From NCBI GenBank assembly GCA_027923505.1, contig BROI01000001.1, positions 1,860,001-1,924,000 of the forward strand: a stretch of DNA of 64,000 nt, in the 5' to 3' direction. Origin of the DNA: Mayamaea pseudoterrestris (Eukaryota). How positions within the stretch are numbered: the first letter of the stretch is position 1; every line of letters begins with the position of its first letter. A program made the position numbers and the translations under genes. The notes beneath the pieces were generated by a model. The model saw nothing but the letters and a program-made list of their open reading frames with translations. It was not told the origin of the DNA and searched no databases. Of this stretch, positions 22,839 through 34,252 are shown piece after piece.

Positions 22839-23760
22839 TCACAGCACTCCAAACATGCGCCGAGCTTCCTCCGCATCTTCGTCATCCATGGTGTCAAAGG
22901 ACTGCTTGCCGTTATTGTCCAAATGCCCCAAATCTTTGGTCGGATTCAACTGATCGCGGAGCATTTGCTTGATGGTTTTAATGTCTGGAAACTCGCCTCG
23001 TTCGGCACGATCCCATACGAGCACGTCATTCACATAGATTTGAAAGGTACCTCCTTGCGTAGGAGGGCGCGTTGGAAGGAGCGAGACGGAATGCAAATCG
23101 TCCGAAAAGGTTTGCAGAAACTCTTGGGCAAACCAAGCGGCCCGAAAGAGCCACTTGCAACCAGTGCAGTAGGCGATGGATATGCTTGGGATAGGTGCGT
23201 TTTGCAGCGATGGAAGAAGAAACGGAACTGAAGACGATTCTTTTGCCGAGTCAGTTAATGAATTTGTTGTTGCGTCCGTCACCGTCGTTCCTGCTTCCTG
23301 CATTACTTTTCGAACATTTGTATCGCTATGACCCAAATAGCGAGACGGCTCGACTTGATCGCGAAGCAGCTGCTTGAGCTCCTTCATTTCCGGAAACGAG
23401 CCCTTTTCTTTGCGATCCCAAAGAACATGATTCTCATTGCTGCCAGCATGACATGTGACAGTAAACTGTCCGGCGTTGGAGCTTGGTAGAAGCGAAACGG
23501 CTTGTAGATTCGCATCGTCTTCAAAGGTTGTCAGCAGCTCCTGCGCCATCCAAAAGCTTCTCAAGCCCCAGCGACAGCCAGTGCAGTAGGCAATGGAGAC
23601 TTGGTAGGGTGATGGTAGTGGCATGGGTGATGTCACATCATTTTCCGACGAAGCTGACTCGCGCAGTAGTGAAGGAGTAATTTTGCTGTTAAGAATAGCT
23701 GATCGGTGAGTGGAAGAAAACGAGTCCGCCTGCACCAAGCATAGTATACATATCACAAGC
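22839..23760 (-). pseudogene. Tandem double SelW/Rdx-domain gene, 5'-truncated copy
   Basis: Two IAYCTGC.W..R..W.AQE domains. Homology to 34253-35197 stops at 23760, so the start codon and first ~9 codons are missing. Confidence 0.7.
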
Positions 23761-23766
23761 TAACCC

Positions 23767-24462
23767 TTGACGGCGTCTGTTTCCGAACTACTGGAGGATC
23801 GAGCGTGGTTGGCACTGGCGGGGCCGAAGCAGAAGCAGTTGCTGGCGTCGGCGACCAATTCGTCGGCGGTGGATATCAGAACTGGTAATAACAGTAGTAC
23901 CAGCGATGTGGAGAAGTATAACGATGCGGATGACTACAATGGTGACAATGACAATACCGATACTGCCTTGCAACCATCTCCACCGTCAACACTCTTTGTG
24001 TTGCCCGGCATGCCTGCTCGCGCGTTACCCATCTTTCAGCGCAAACCGCTCGGCTGGTTCGCCGTTCCCATTGTCAATGGCATGAACCGCAAGAAGCAAA
24101 AATTGGCGCAAGCGGACGAAAATGACGAGACACTCTTGTTTGTGAGTGATCCACAATTATACGATTTGGTGGACTATGAGCAGCGTCGGGGCGTTGTTTG
24201 GGAGAGTGGCACACACGAAAAAGTCGTATTGTCGCTGCGAGCCGTATCCAAGCACGAGTGCGACCAAGTCACGTTTGGTATGGCGGAGCATTACGGCAAA
24301 CATGATGTTGCGGCGAGTGACTCGAAACAGCGTGGTATCAGCTTGTTTTCACCCGATCGCATACACCCCAACGAGCAAGGCTACGAGTTTTGGGGACGAA
24401 GCATTGGCATGGAGATTGCGGCCAGTTACAAGGTGGCGGCTGGAAAGAAGGACGAAACATGA
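23767..24462 (+). pseudogene. 3' fragment of an SGNH/GDSL hydrolase
   Basis: C-terminal SPDRIHPNEQGYEFWG (DxxH block). No GDS block or ATG is seen; the ORF starts at the duplication breakpoint. Confidence 0.6.
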
Positions 24463-24707
24463 TGCATGATGCATGATTGCCGCATCGACGATCAGCTCCG
24501 AGCCGCGATTACGTGTACATATATCGGGCCGCTGTCAAAGCTACTATGGCGGTCTTGTCAGAGTAAAAGAATTTGACGACTAGTTCTATTTCGCAACTAT
24601 CAGACTTACAGTTAGCCTATAGCACGCGATGCTTGAAATACCGGAACGTCATCACGTCGCATCATGATCCAAAATGCTTCATCCGTGTTCGATCGTCACA
24701 AACCACC

Positions 24708-24903
24708 ATGGCAATCCTCTCCAAGTCGACGAAGGCAATGTTTCAACGGCTCATTCTACTGCTACTATGCCATTCTGTCAATGGGTTTGCTTCATATCGA
24801 CTCGGTAGAACGAAAGGCTTACAGCAACGAAAATCAGCAGCAATACGGAATCATCCACTCGTTCCATTAGCATTACGAAACATTCGTCATGGTTCACTCC
24901 TAC

Positions 24904-24957
<54 letters not shown>

Positions 24958-26861
24958 CATTTACTATGGATGACACTGCCACTAAGGACGAGTATAACAT
25001 TCCCTTTGTAGAAAACGTGATTGTCGGTGGAGGTCCCGCTGGACTCTTGACGGCCATCATGCTGGCGCAGCAAATGCAACAGCTAGAGGGATCATACGAC
25101 GAGAAACACGGTACTACTGCGTCATCATCATCATCATCTTCCACTACATCTCATGCCATTCACGTCTACGACCGCCAGCCCTACGCCGCTCCCTCGCCCG
25201 ACGACTTTGAAACCTGGAGCGCGGACGCTGCCAAGTACTACTTGATTGGCTTGGGCGGTCGCGGTCAATTGGCGCTCAAGCGATTGAAAGTTTGGAACCA
25301 TGTGAAACAACACTGCGTGGCCGTGGTGGGCCGCAAGGATTGGCAGCCGGGTGCCAGCAATGGAGTGGAGCGGGTGTTTACGACACGCGATAAAAAGACG
25401 ACGGCGCAAGTACTGCCGCGCGAAAAGCTAGTGGGCATTTTGCAGCAAGTGATTCAAACGCAATATTCAAATCAAGTGGTTATTCATTACGGATGCCAAG
25501 TGGAACCAATCGAATTTGAGTATAAGAATGGAGCGAGTGTGTTGCTGCAAGTGACAAAGTGTGTTCCAGCAAGCGACAGTGATGTTGATCGAACCATGAC
25601 TCCATCGTCGGCAAATACACCCGACATTTTCTGCAGCATTGACGACGACACCAATCCACCCTCGTTGCTGGAGGCTGGCTTCGTCGTTGCCGCCGACGGC
25701 ACGCAGCGCACCTTTGCCAACGCCATGGAGCAGGCGAGTCGGGCGCGAAATTTACTCCATCGACTCACACATCCAAAACCCATTCGAGTCACACGCTACG
25801 TGGACGACAATCAACGCGTCTACAAGACCATTCCACTCAAGCTGCCATCCGACTGGCGATGCGACCTAAACTATAGCGCGCGCACCAAGGGATCCAACAT
25901 GAATTTGGACGCCTTGCCGGCCAATGCACGTGGAAACTACTGCGGCGTCTTGTTGCTGCTTGCAGACGATCCATTGGCCAAGGCAAACACAACTCTACAG
26001 CAACTGCGCGAGCGCATGGATAACGAGCTGCCGCAGTTTAGTAAATTAATGAGCGACGACGTGACCGCCGCCGTGGCAATCAAGCCAGTGTCGTTCCTGC
26101 CAGCCTTTCGATACGTTGGTCCGCGACTGCATCAGGGCAAGCGATGCTTGATACTTGGTGACTGCGCGCATACCGTCAAGCCGTACTTTGGACTGGGAGC
26201 GAACAGTGCGTTGGAGGATGTGCTGGTGCTGCGAGACGTGTTGAGGCAATGTGGCGGCGACGTGACCGTGGCGGTTCCGGAATTTTCGAAGCGACGCGCC
26301 CCCGAGGCCAAGACCATGGTGCGACTGTCGCGCGAACTGGATCGACCCGGCAAGCTGGGGTTTGTCACGTTCATATTGCCCATCATTTTGGATTCCATCT
26401 TTCATGGACTGGCGCCAAAACTGTTTACGCCCAACATTATTGCCATGATGCAGCGCGAGGAATATACATTCACGCAAGTGGCGCGACGGAAACGCATCGA
26501 TCGAATCTTGCAAGTTGCAATCATCTTCGGTGGGCTTGGAGCAACCGGCTGGCTGGTCAATGTAGGGGTGCGAGCATTGGCAGCAGCGTTGAACAGTAGT
26601 GTCAAGACGACAGCCACCGTTACATTTGCTGCTGTAGCGAGTATAATCGTTTTGCAAAAGCTGGTGCCGGGCCTTGGTCCTCGCGCCCTGCTTTCCAGCA
26701 TGGCAGGCAAAATTACCAATTCGAGGACGCAGTTGACGCCGCTGCGCAACTGGCTCGCTCGTTGGAACCGCAACGAAGGTGGTCGTAATGGGGAATCCTT
26801 TCTGACGCCGCTAGGCTTTCAAAACAAGGATGCAAATAACTCGACCGACAAACCAATATAA
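24708..26861 (+). CDS. FAD-dependent monooxygenase, kynurenine 3-monooxygenase-like, probably plastid-targeted
   Basis: IVGGGPAGL, VAADG, ILGDCAHTVKPYFGLGANSALED; signal peptide ending VNG-FAS. Confidence 0.85.
24906..24956 (+). repeat. (GCA)17 microsatellite encoding poly-Ala
   Basis: Perfect GCA run inside the CDS. Confidence 0.9.
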
Positions 26862-26990
26862 TTTGGATGATAGCAAATGGTTAACAAAAAAGTGTTGCTC
26901 ATACGGCCGCTAACTTTTTAAATAATTGAAAGTTACCTTCGTCGGAACGACAGCCGTGCACTGATATATCATGCATCCACAAGAAAATCA

Positions 26991-28508
26991 TTAGTATGGA
27001 ATCCATGAATGTCCATAAGGTGCAACGTTAAAGGCTGATTCGCTCCACTCCTCCTTCAACGTCATTGGTTGAAACGCGGTTGGGTCTACCGTGAAGCGCG
27101 TCCACATGGTCAGCGCCTTGGCCCCGCCCTCGACCATGTGCACTCGCAAGTTTTGGTTTGAAACGGTGCGGCTGCCACCGCGATTGTTCAAATCCGAGTT
27201 CATCCGAAGCGTTTGATAGCGGTGACCATCGGCGTGGACGACCGTAAACTGCAAATTTGGATACTTGAGTGCCACTTCCGTGAGCTTGTCGAACAATGGG
27301 TCGTAGGCACTGTCGATATCGGTGCGGCCGGCAATCGTCTTCATGTACTGCTTAAACTTAGTTTCCGAGTAGAAACCGCCACTCGGTTGCGAAATGGGAT
27401 CCATCCCATAGTTGCTGTAAAAGATGCCTTGAAAGGTAAAGAAGATTGCCCGCTTGCCACTATCCGACGCCTTGAGGGCACTCACTTCGATCCAATCCAT
27501 GGCACACTCCATGGCGTTCAAATACATACCGAACCGATCCATGAGCGGATCCACATCGTCCTGCAACGTGTATCCGTTGCGTGTCTCGTCCGCCAAGTAC
27601 CACAGACTGCCAGGCACTTCCAAGGTAACGACGGCATAGTGATCAAGTTCCACGTACTTGTCAAAGTCGCACGAGTACGTGTAGTTGGTACCCGGCACGG
27701 TTTCACCCTTCTTGTAGTTAAAATGCGTATCCACCAAATACTGCAGCGTCAAGTCCTTGCTGCGTCGCTTCCGCACCTCATTCGCACCAAGCTGCAACGC
27801 GTCCACCAGAAACGCTCGCGCGTCTGCCGCTTTATAAAAATCGGCCGGTTGCACATACGGTCCACCCGCACTCGCCGACCGGTGACAGTCGTTCAACTCA
27901 TTGTCACCGGGCGTGTACAACGCAATGGCGCCATGCCGCTTGGCGGCGTTGCGCATCCACTGGACGCTCTTGACCATGTTGCTGCGGTTGCAGGCCATGC
28001 CGGATGGTTTCGTGTCGCCGACGTGAATGACAATGTCGCAGGTTTGCGCCATTTCCTCCACCATGGCCATGTACTTGGACACGCCAGTGTCGGTGCGCGT
28101 GAGCTCCACGTAGGGTGTGCAGCCAATGACGCACAAGCCCTGGCGGCCCTTTGTGGAAGATGATGCTGCTGCGGCAGTGGATACTTGTCGTTGATTGTCT
28201 GATGGTTCAGTTGGCTGCTGGGTGGTTGCAGTGGGGTTGCGATTGGCTTTTCGAGTGCGCTTTCGTTGCGCTGCTGTTTGACCGGACGATCGAAGTCGCT
28301 GATTCGGATAGTCAAAGAAGAGCTCCCGACTTGTTGTGGTTGATGTTGCTACTGTATCCGAAGTTAATGCATCGGCGGAGGCGTGTAGTGGTCCATGCTC
28401 GTCATTGACTTCGGCTGTAGCTAGAGCCAAAAGACTGACGAGAGAAAGAGCCAGTATTCTTTTCAGCGGTCGGCAATGAGATGAGCGAGTTCTGGTTTTA
28501 ATAGTCAT
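26991..28508 (-). CDS. Secreted calcineurin-like metallophosphoesterase-fold protein
   Basis: Signal peptide; IVIHVGDTK, YTPGDNELNDCHR, VHADGH. Confidence 0.7.
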   Translation of the reverse strand: MTIKTRTRSSHCRPLKRILALSLVSLLALATAEVNDEHGPLHASADALTSDTVATSTTTSRELFFDYPNQRLRSSGQTAAQRKRTRKANRNPTATTQQPTEPSDNQRQVSTAAAASSSTKGRQGLCVIGCTPYVELTRTDTGVSKYMAMVEEMAQTCDIVIHVGDTKPSGMACNRSNMVKSVQWMRNAAKRHGAIALYTPGDNELNDCHRSASAGGPYVQPADFYKAADARAFLVDALQLGANEVRKRRSKDLTLQYLVDTHFNYKKGETVPGTNYTYSCDFDKYVELDHYAVVTLEVPGSLWYLADETRNGYTLQDDVDPLMDRFGMYLNAMECAMDWIEVSALKASDSGKRAIFFTFQGIFYSNYGMDPISQPSGGFYSETKFKQYMKTIAGRTDIDSAYDPLFDKLTEVALKYPNLQFTVVHADGHRYQTLRMNSDLNNRGGSRTVSNQNLRVHMVEGGAKALTMWTRFTVDPTAFQPMTLKEEWSESAFNVAPYGHSWIPY

Positions 28509-29460
28509 GTTCGTCCTGCCTTTTGGTGTCTTTAGATAGCGTTGTTCCTTTGTTTCTTGCGTCTCTCGACAATCTCGTGTAAGCCGATTCTCGATCACTT
28601 TCTTCTCAAAGCAATTCCTTTCGACTTGACTGTAACGCTGGAATGTCTTTTGTTTTTCGAAGCATTTTTGCCTTTGAAATATTGTTTGTCGGTGCGCCGT
28701 GCGCCATGACTGGGCGTTGAATCGCGTGCGCCGTTCGACGCGAAACGGTCCAACGTTTGACGCTCAAACGCATGCTTGTCAACCGCGAAAAGCTGCAAAG
28801 AAGGGGAAGACGGGACGACTTTTCGATATCCAAATGTAGTCCTTGGACATTTACATATAGCAATATATCCCCCAGTAGCCTGTTAAGACGTCAATCATTT
28901 GACATGATCATTAACTGTAAGCATCGCGTCGCACATCGCGCAGGTCAGTCGTGTCAATGTGATCGATCGGTCACGCGTTTCACAATGGAGCCAATGAAAC
29001 AGCTGACAATCGAACTTGGAGTAACAATAATATTAGCGAGACGATCGTCGCCATGTACAAACGGCTAGCCGAGTTTGATGAAAGCAACACAGTCAAGTGA
29101 GGAACTTAGCGCGCGCTGGAGCATGAAGAAGGCGAAAGGTGCTAATATTGATCTTCTCGCGTGCATTAGATTTTGCATGAGCTGCATAAGGTTTGACGAC
29201 TTGCGACGAGCCAATAAAATGCTTTCGGATGAATGTAAACAACCTCTGTTCCGGTAGCAGGAATATGGATCGCGAGCAGTACACGAAAAGTCTTGAATGA
29301 AGCTATATGCTTTACAGTTAATAAGGACGCGTCGGGGTGTCGTACAGTGCAATGGCCAATGACAATCTAATAAGCAATATTGTTTAGCGTACGCACTCTA
29401 GACCGACTGCTCATTACTCACTGATTGCAAGCTATAGAACCTTCTTTGTATCGCTGTGCG

Positions 29461-31059
29461 TTAGCCAAACATGAACAGGTTGTCTCGCAAAAAGACAAGA
29501 ATGCAGTCGACGTCGTCCACGACTTGCTCCAAGACCTTGACAGCCTTGCGTGCGTTTCCTGGGTCCTCTTTCAACTCACCTCGACCACAACGATTGAGCC
29601 GCAGCAAAACGTTCATTTCCGTGAGCATGTCTTGATCCCATGGAAATCCTGGAAACAAAGACTCCGCATTGACGACTTTTGGCAAGACGATGAACTTCAT
29701 CTTGTAGTTCGTCTTTAATGCTCCAAGCAGGGCTGGGAATCGCTGGGTCGGCGCCTCGTCATCAGAACAAAACCCGTTGATATGCAACTTTTCAAGATTC
29801 GAATTTGCGCGTAAACATTCCGCCAGTGCTTCATCCAAGCTTGTCGTAAATTCTGAAATGTGAAACTGTAGTGCTCGAAGGCGAGGACACAGAGTTGCAA
29901 CTTGCATCAGCCTTACTTTAGCTTCAACATCTTTTAGTTGATAGCACGTGCAGTCAAGTTCCTCCAACTGCTGCATAGTTGGAAGCAGTCGCAGCAACTC
30001 GTTGAGAAGAACGGTACTAGCAAACTCGTGGCCCGACAAATCGGAATCGTCATCACTACCGTCACTATCCGACTCGGTCTCCAAGCCAACAATCTCCATA
30101 GGCTCCATCAAGAAAATGTTTCCAAAGCTCAAATGTTTAAATCCAGAAGCAGTGATTGCCTGAATTAGCGACGAGGCTTGATCATTTCCAATGAGAATAT
30201 CATCCAGCGTCAGGCTTCGGGCCAATGAGCCAGCGATTCCGTCGCAAACGATATGATACGATTCGTCATTGCCAATGGCATGAGACTTGATACTGACATC
30301 AATCGCGTCAACGGCTAAAAGATTTGCAATCGCTTGCGCCTCCCCGGGTTCGAGTGCAGCAGGCAATCCCCATTCGCCGCCATTTCCTTCGACAACTACC
30401 TCTTCCAGTAGCGGCAGTGACAGCACAATGGGGATAAAACTGGAGTAAAACCTTGAGCAGATTTTCATAGTAACCGACTTAATGCATGGATGCTGAGCAA
30501 GGCCTTGGACAATCTCCGGTACAAAACTATCATCTTGATAACGATGCCTGGCCACTCGAATCGTGTCAATTGTTTTCATGCGCTTGATAACTCGACCAGG
30601 CAATATCAGTCCATTAGCACCGCCGTATGCAGTAATTTCAGCAGATTTAATAGTTGTGATAGAATCAAGACATTCGTATAAACGATCAAGATGAGCATGC
30701 TTTTCTTCCAGCGGCCTGCGCAATCCAGAGTCAACTGCAAGGAAGAATTCAAATAGACACAAGTGATTAATAGGCGTCGCACCGAGCGCCGACAAAAGCA
30801 AGACCGTATCACTTTCATCGAGACAAAGGTAGTGCTCGACGAAGCTATCAGAAATGAAGACTCCAAGTGACGCCCCGTCCTTCGCCTTCGATTTTTCTCG
30901 AATGGCTTTTGGAATCTCGTCTCTCACAAAGTGGCAAAGAGAAACCCCTCTTTCCCATTTAAGTTGTACCCCTATCAATGAATTCATTAAGAGAATGTAG
31001 TACAAGCAATTGGTAAGCACAGAGGAGTGAAGCGCTGCCTCGTAATCGAATGACTTCAT
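29461..31059 (-). CDS. RNI-like leucine-rich repeat protein (diatom-expanded type)
   Basis: LxxLxL repeats and C-terminal LRLNRCGR..VDCILVFLRDN. Start and possible intron uncertain. Confidence 0.7.
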   Translation of the reverse strand: MKSFDYEAALHSSVLTNCLYYILLMNSLIGVQLKWERGVSLCHFVRDEIPKAIREKSKAKDGASLGVFISDSFVEHYLCLDESDTVLLLSALGATPINHLCLFEFFLAVDSGLRRPLEEKHAHLDRLYECLDSITTIKSAEITAYGGANGLILPGRVIKRMKTIDTIRVARHRYQDDSFVPEIVQGLAQHPCIKSVTMKICSRFYSSFIPIVLSLPLLEEVVVEGNGGEWGLPAALEPGEAQAIANLLAVDAIDVSIKSHAIGNDESYHIVCDGIAGSLARSLTLDDILIGNDQASSLIQAITASGFKHLSFGNIFLMEPMEIVGLETESDSDGSDDDSDLSGHEFASTVLLNELLRLLPTMQQLEELDCTCYQLKDVEAKVRLMQVATLCPRLRALQFHISEFTTSLDEALAECLRANSNLEKLHINGFCSDDEAPTQRFPALLGALKTNYKMKFIVLPKVVNAESLFPGFPWDQDMLTEMNVLLRLNRCGRGELKEDPGNARKAVKVLEQVVDDVDCILVFLRDNLFMFG

Positions 31060-31570
31060 TTCATGGTTGAAACGGAACAACAACGGTTGAACGTCACGGC
31101 GTGCCACGCTGTAGCTTCAAACCGTCATCGTATCGTACCGGTATAACGACTCGAGCTTGCCCTTCGACGCACGACGTCGTACGCTATTAAAACACATTCG
31201 CGGGGCGGGGAGGTGGTAGGATCAATGGTTTTACAATGCCTGCAACGAACTTTTGCGCGCTCCGCGCGCACAAAGATTGCCAAACAGCTGACGCAGTATA
31301 CTAAATCAACTGGCCCAGGGTAGAAGATGTCGCAGAACCACCGGCCATTTGTGAGTCATTGGAGTAGACACACGAACGCCAAGAAGTACGGCATGTCGCA
31401 CCAAGTTACACCCATTAATGTCGTGAAGCATGTCCGGATATCTCCTACCACAACTATGTTCTTCTACCAATATTCGACATAGTCCGCGACATTATACTCA
31501 GCGCAAGTGTCGACGGCTATGGCATTCTGAGAAATTTTTAATCGCTACTTGTTGCAATTTTCCATCTAAT

Positions 31571-32953
31571 GACGACGAACAGTATTTCGACGAGCAGAGT
31601 CGAGTATGGAGCATGCTCGTGGAGCAACTGAGTGAATGCGACTATCGTCAGTGCAGTCGTCACCATGACGAAACACTGGTACCTCCGCTTTTAATCATCC
31701 TTTCGACAGCGACTCCGCTCAAGCGAGGCCCACTGGCGGAGAATTTGGTGTTTGAGTCCATCCAAGCATCTACGCCGGATAATGACTACATTAAGTATTT
31801 GTGGAAGGATGTGCCGAATGTTGAAATGGAGCAACTCATGAGCATTTTGACTGGGCGTCCAGCATGTGAAATCGAGACTCTACGAGATCAGTTTCATCAA
31901 ATAGCTAATACCACCGATGCCTCAAATACTGTTAGCGCAATACAGGAGCTTGCCAAGGAACTGGACAAGAAGCGTCGCTCTGGCTTGGCACGCATTCCGC
32001 AGGTGCAATGGAGCGACGTAGGAGGACTTCAGTCGGTGCGCCGCGAAATACTCGACACGATTGAGCTGCCCTTGCAGCATCCTCATTTGTTTTCTGGTCG
32101 TCGAAGTGGCATTCTACTCTATGGGCCACCTGGTAGTGGAAAGACGCTTGTTGCCAAGGCTGTGGCGACCGAATGCAATTTCCCGTTCCTGTCCGTCAAG
32201 GGACCAGAGTTGTTGGGCTCGTACGTTGGCGAAAGCGAAGAAAATGTCCGCTCCATTTTTTCGCAAGCCCGGCAGCTGGCCAAAGCGAACCAGGTACCGG
32301 GATGTGTCTTGTTTTTTGATGAACTGGATAGCTTGGCGCCTCGTCGCGGCGACCAAGCTAGCGGAGGCGGAAGTGTCATGGATCGAGTCGTGGCGACGCT
32401 GTTTGCTGAGCTGGACAAGAATCAAGTTGATGCCGCCGTATACTGTTTGGGAGCTACAAATCGACCTGACCTCTTGGATCCTGCACTGTTACGTCCTGGA
32501 AGATTGGATCGATTGGTCTACCTTGGCATGTCGTCGCGTGATGACCAAACTAAGATTCTGGCAGCGCAAATGCGAAAGTTAACGCTCGAACGAGATGTTA
32601 CAGAAATGGCCCAATTAATCACAGATCGCTTACCCGCCAATCTCAGTGGGGCAGACTTGTCAATGGTTGTCAGCAAAGCGCTCATGCGGGCGACCGAAAG
32701 GCTCTGCGACGAAGCTGATCGAGAGGCCGCTCTCGAGCGAAACAAGGGCGACGAAACCATTTCCGTCGACCAGGTGTTGGCCTCCTGGGATGATGAGCGC
32801 TTGACACCTATCGTGACGCTTGATGACCTTCAATGGGCATCGCAGCACGTTGTCCCTAGCGTCAGCGAGGTAGAGCTCAAGGGCTACGAGCGATTGCGCG
32901 ACCAGTTCCAGGTCGAATTATCAGGTTCCACAACTTGTTACGGAAAATGCTAA
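31571..32953 (+). pseudogene. PEX6: 5'-truncated PEX6 paralog (C-terminal AAA domain)
   Basis: Homology to 14520-15905 begins abruptly at 31571. The frame is open from an ATG at 31430 in unrelated DNA. Confidence 0.75.
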
Positions 32954-33391
32954 TGGTTCTATTACACCAACGCCCGAATGTTCTACCGCAACAATCACAG
33001 CAATGAGATATTTGTTTTCGCAGCAATGCTGTTACAATTACAGTGAGTAAATACATGTTGTGCACGAGATGCTGGTATGATACATAGCAAAATTCAGAAA
33101 GGCAGAAGGCGAATCTTGAACGCATGTGTGTCATTGCCCGAATTGTTGCTCAGGCCGGATTCTGATCGTATTGCCCTTATATACGCATCCTCATTGTTTG
33201 TGTCATCAAGCGCAAAGGAGTGGCCCAAGTACAATCCAGTACTATCTAGCCTGTTGAAAGTGCCGCACGGCGTTAGTTTTGGCCCATAACAAGCGAATGC
33301 TCCGTCAGAGTTACCCCGCGGATCTTCTTGCCGCATTCTCACCTCACAATTTCTCAGATTCATCTTTGTTGCGATAGCTCACACTTACACC

Positions 33392-33814
33392 ATGAAGCTC
33401 TTCTACCTCCTCCTTGCCGCCGCCTTCCCTTCCCTCGCCGTTGCGAGTGTCGAGTACTTTACGTCTGTGATGAACGGCGCCCAGAGTGGCTGCTACAAGT
33501 CCGAGGCCCTCGGTAACGCCGTCGCCACCTTGAGTGGCTCCAGATTCTGCATTAACCTTTCTTACATTGGCCTCTCCAGCCCTGAACTCTATTCCCACAT
33601 TCATGGACCTGCCACTGTTGGAATTTCCAACACGGCAGACGTTCTCTACACTCTTTCTACAGGAGCTGTCAAGACACCCGCCAAGGGAGATTGTTTCCAG
33701 ATCACGGAATCGGAGAAGAAGGATCTCATGAAGGGCCTCTGGTACTTTAACGTTCACACGAAGCAGTGCCCCAACGGAGAGATCCGTGGACAAATCTTTC
33801 CTGTCGCAATGTAA
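33392..33814 (+). CDS. Secreted CHRD-domain protein
   Basis: Signal peptide; GLSS...SHIHGPA and GLWYFNVHTKQCPNGEIRGQI. Confidence 0.9.
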   Translation: MKLFYLLLAAAFPSLAVASVEYFTSVMNGAQSGCYKSEALGNAVATLSGSRFCINLSYIGLSSPELYSHIHGPATVGISNTADVLYTLSTGAVKTPAKGDCFQITESEKKDLMKGLWYFNVHTKQCPNGEIRGQIFPVAM

Positions 33815-33835
33815 GAGTGTGTAATTGATGCTAGG

Positions 33836-34143
33836 TGATCGATTGAGCCTGATGGCGAATCTGCCGGTAGTTAGACGAGTACGAGATTCTGTACCGGTAT
33901 AGCTGTAGGATATAGAAAATCATTTGTGCCACTTCTATACATTCTTCGTCTTAAAATACGCCTGTCTGATCACATACTTCACTGCAACTGGTGCAGTAGC
34001 TTATCTCGTAAAGTCGAGGTCGGGAGGCCTTCTGCAGACCGCATGTGCAATACCTCGCGCAATATTGATACTACCTCGTGAGCAATACCTCGTACCTCTT
34101 CTATTAGATCAAAAACGCTTATTGCGGTTGAGTTTGCTCAACA
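33836..34143 (+). mobile_element. Diverged Copia LTR remnant (3' part)
   Basis: Shares blocks tgatcgattgagcc-gatggcgaatctgccgg, acgcctgtc, aaaacgcttattgcggttga and tgctcaaca with LTR 22208-22737, and has the same right flank aaacgatgatgat. Confidence 0.75.
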
Positions 34144-34252
34144 AAACGATGATGATACAACAGTGCTATTTGTGTATATGGTATAATTAAGTCATAACGA
34201 ACAAACATTAATAAAGCATTTTCCAAAACCAAAATCGTAACTAGGCGTATTT

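Larger units (their letters stand above)
14520..23760 (+). repeat. Segmental duplication, copy A (paralog of 31571-35171)
   Basis: Direct homology over the PEX6 3' part, the intergenic DNA, the LTR end and the Rdx gene. Confidence 0.9.

Noticed and set aside
27213..28163. Long antisense ORFs (also 1295-1948, 8809-9543, 45409-46257)
   Set aside because: Shadow frames opposite well-supported genes, with no motifs of their own.
33367..34143. Solo LTR (TGTTG...CAACA) that captured the CHRD gene
   Set aside because: Flanks atctt and aaacg are not a TSD, and the left end does not match TGTTGAGCA.
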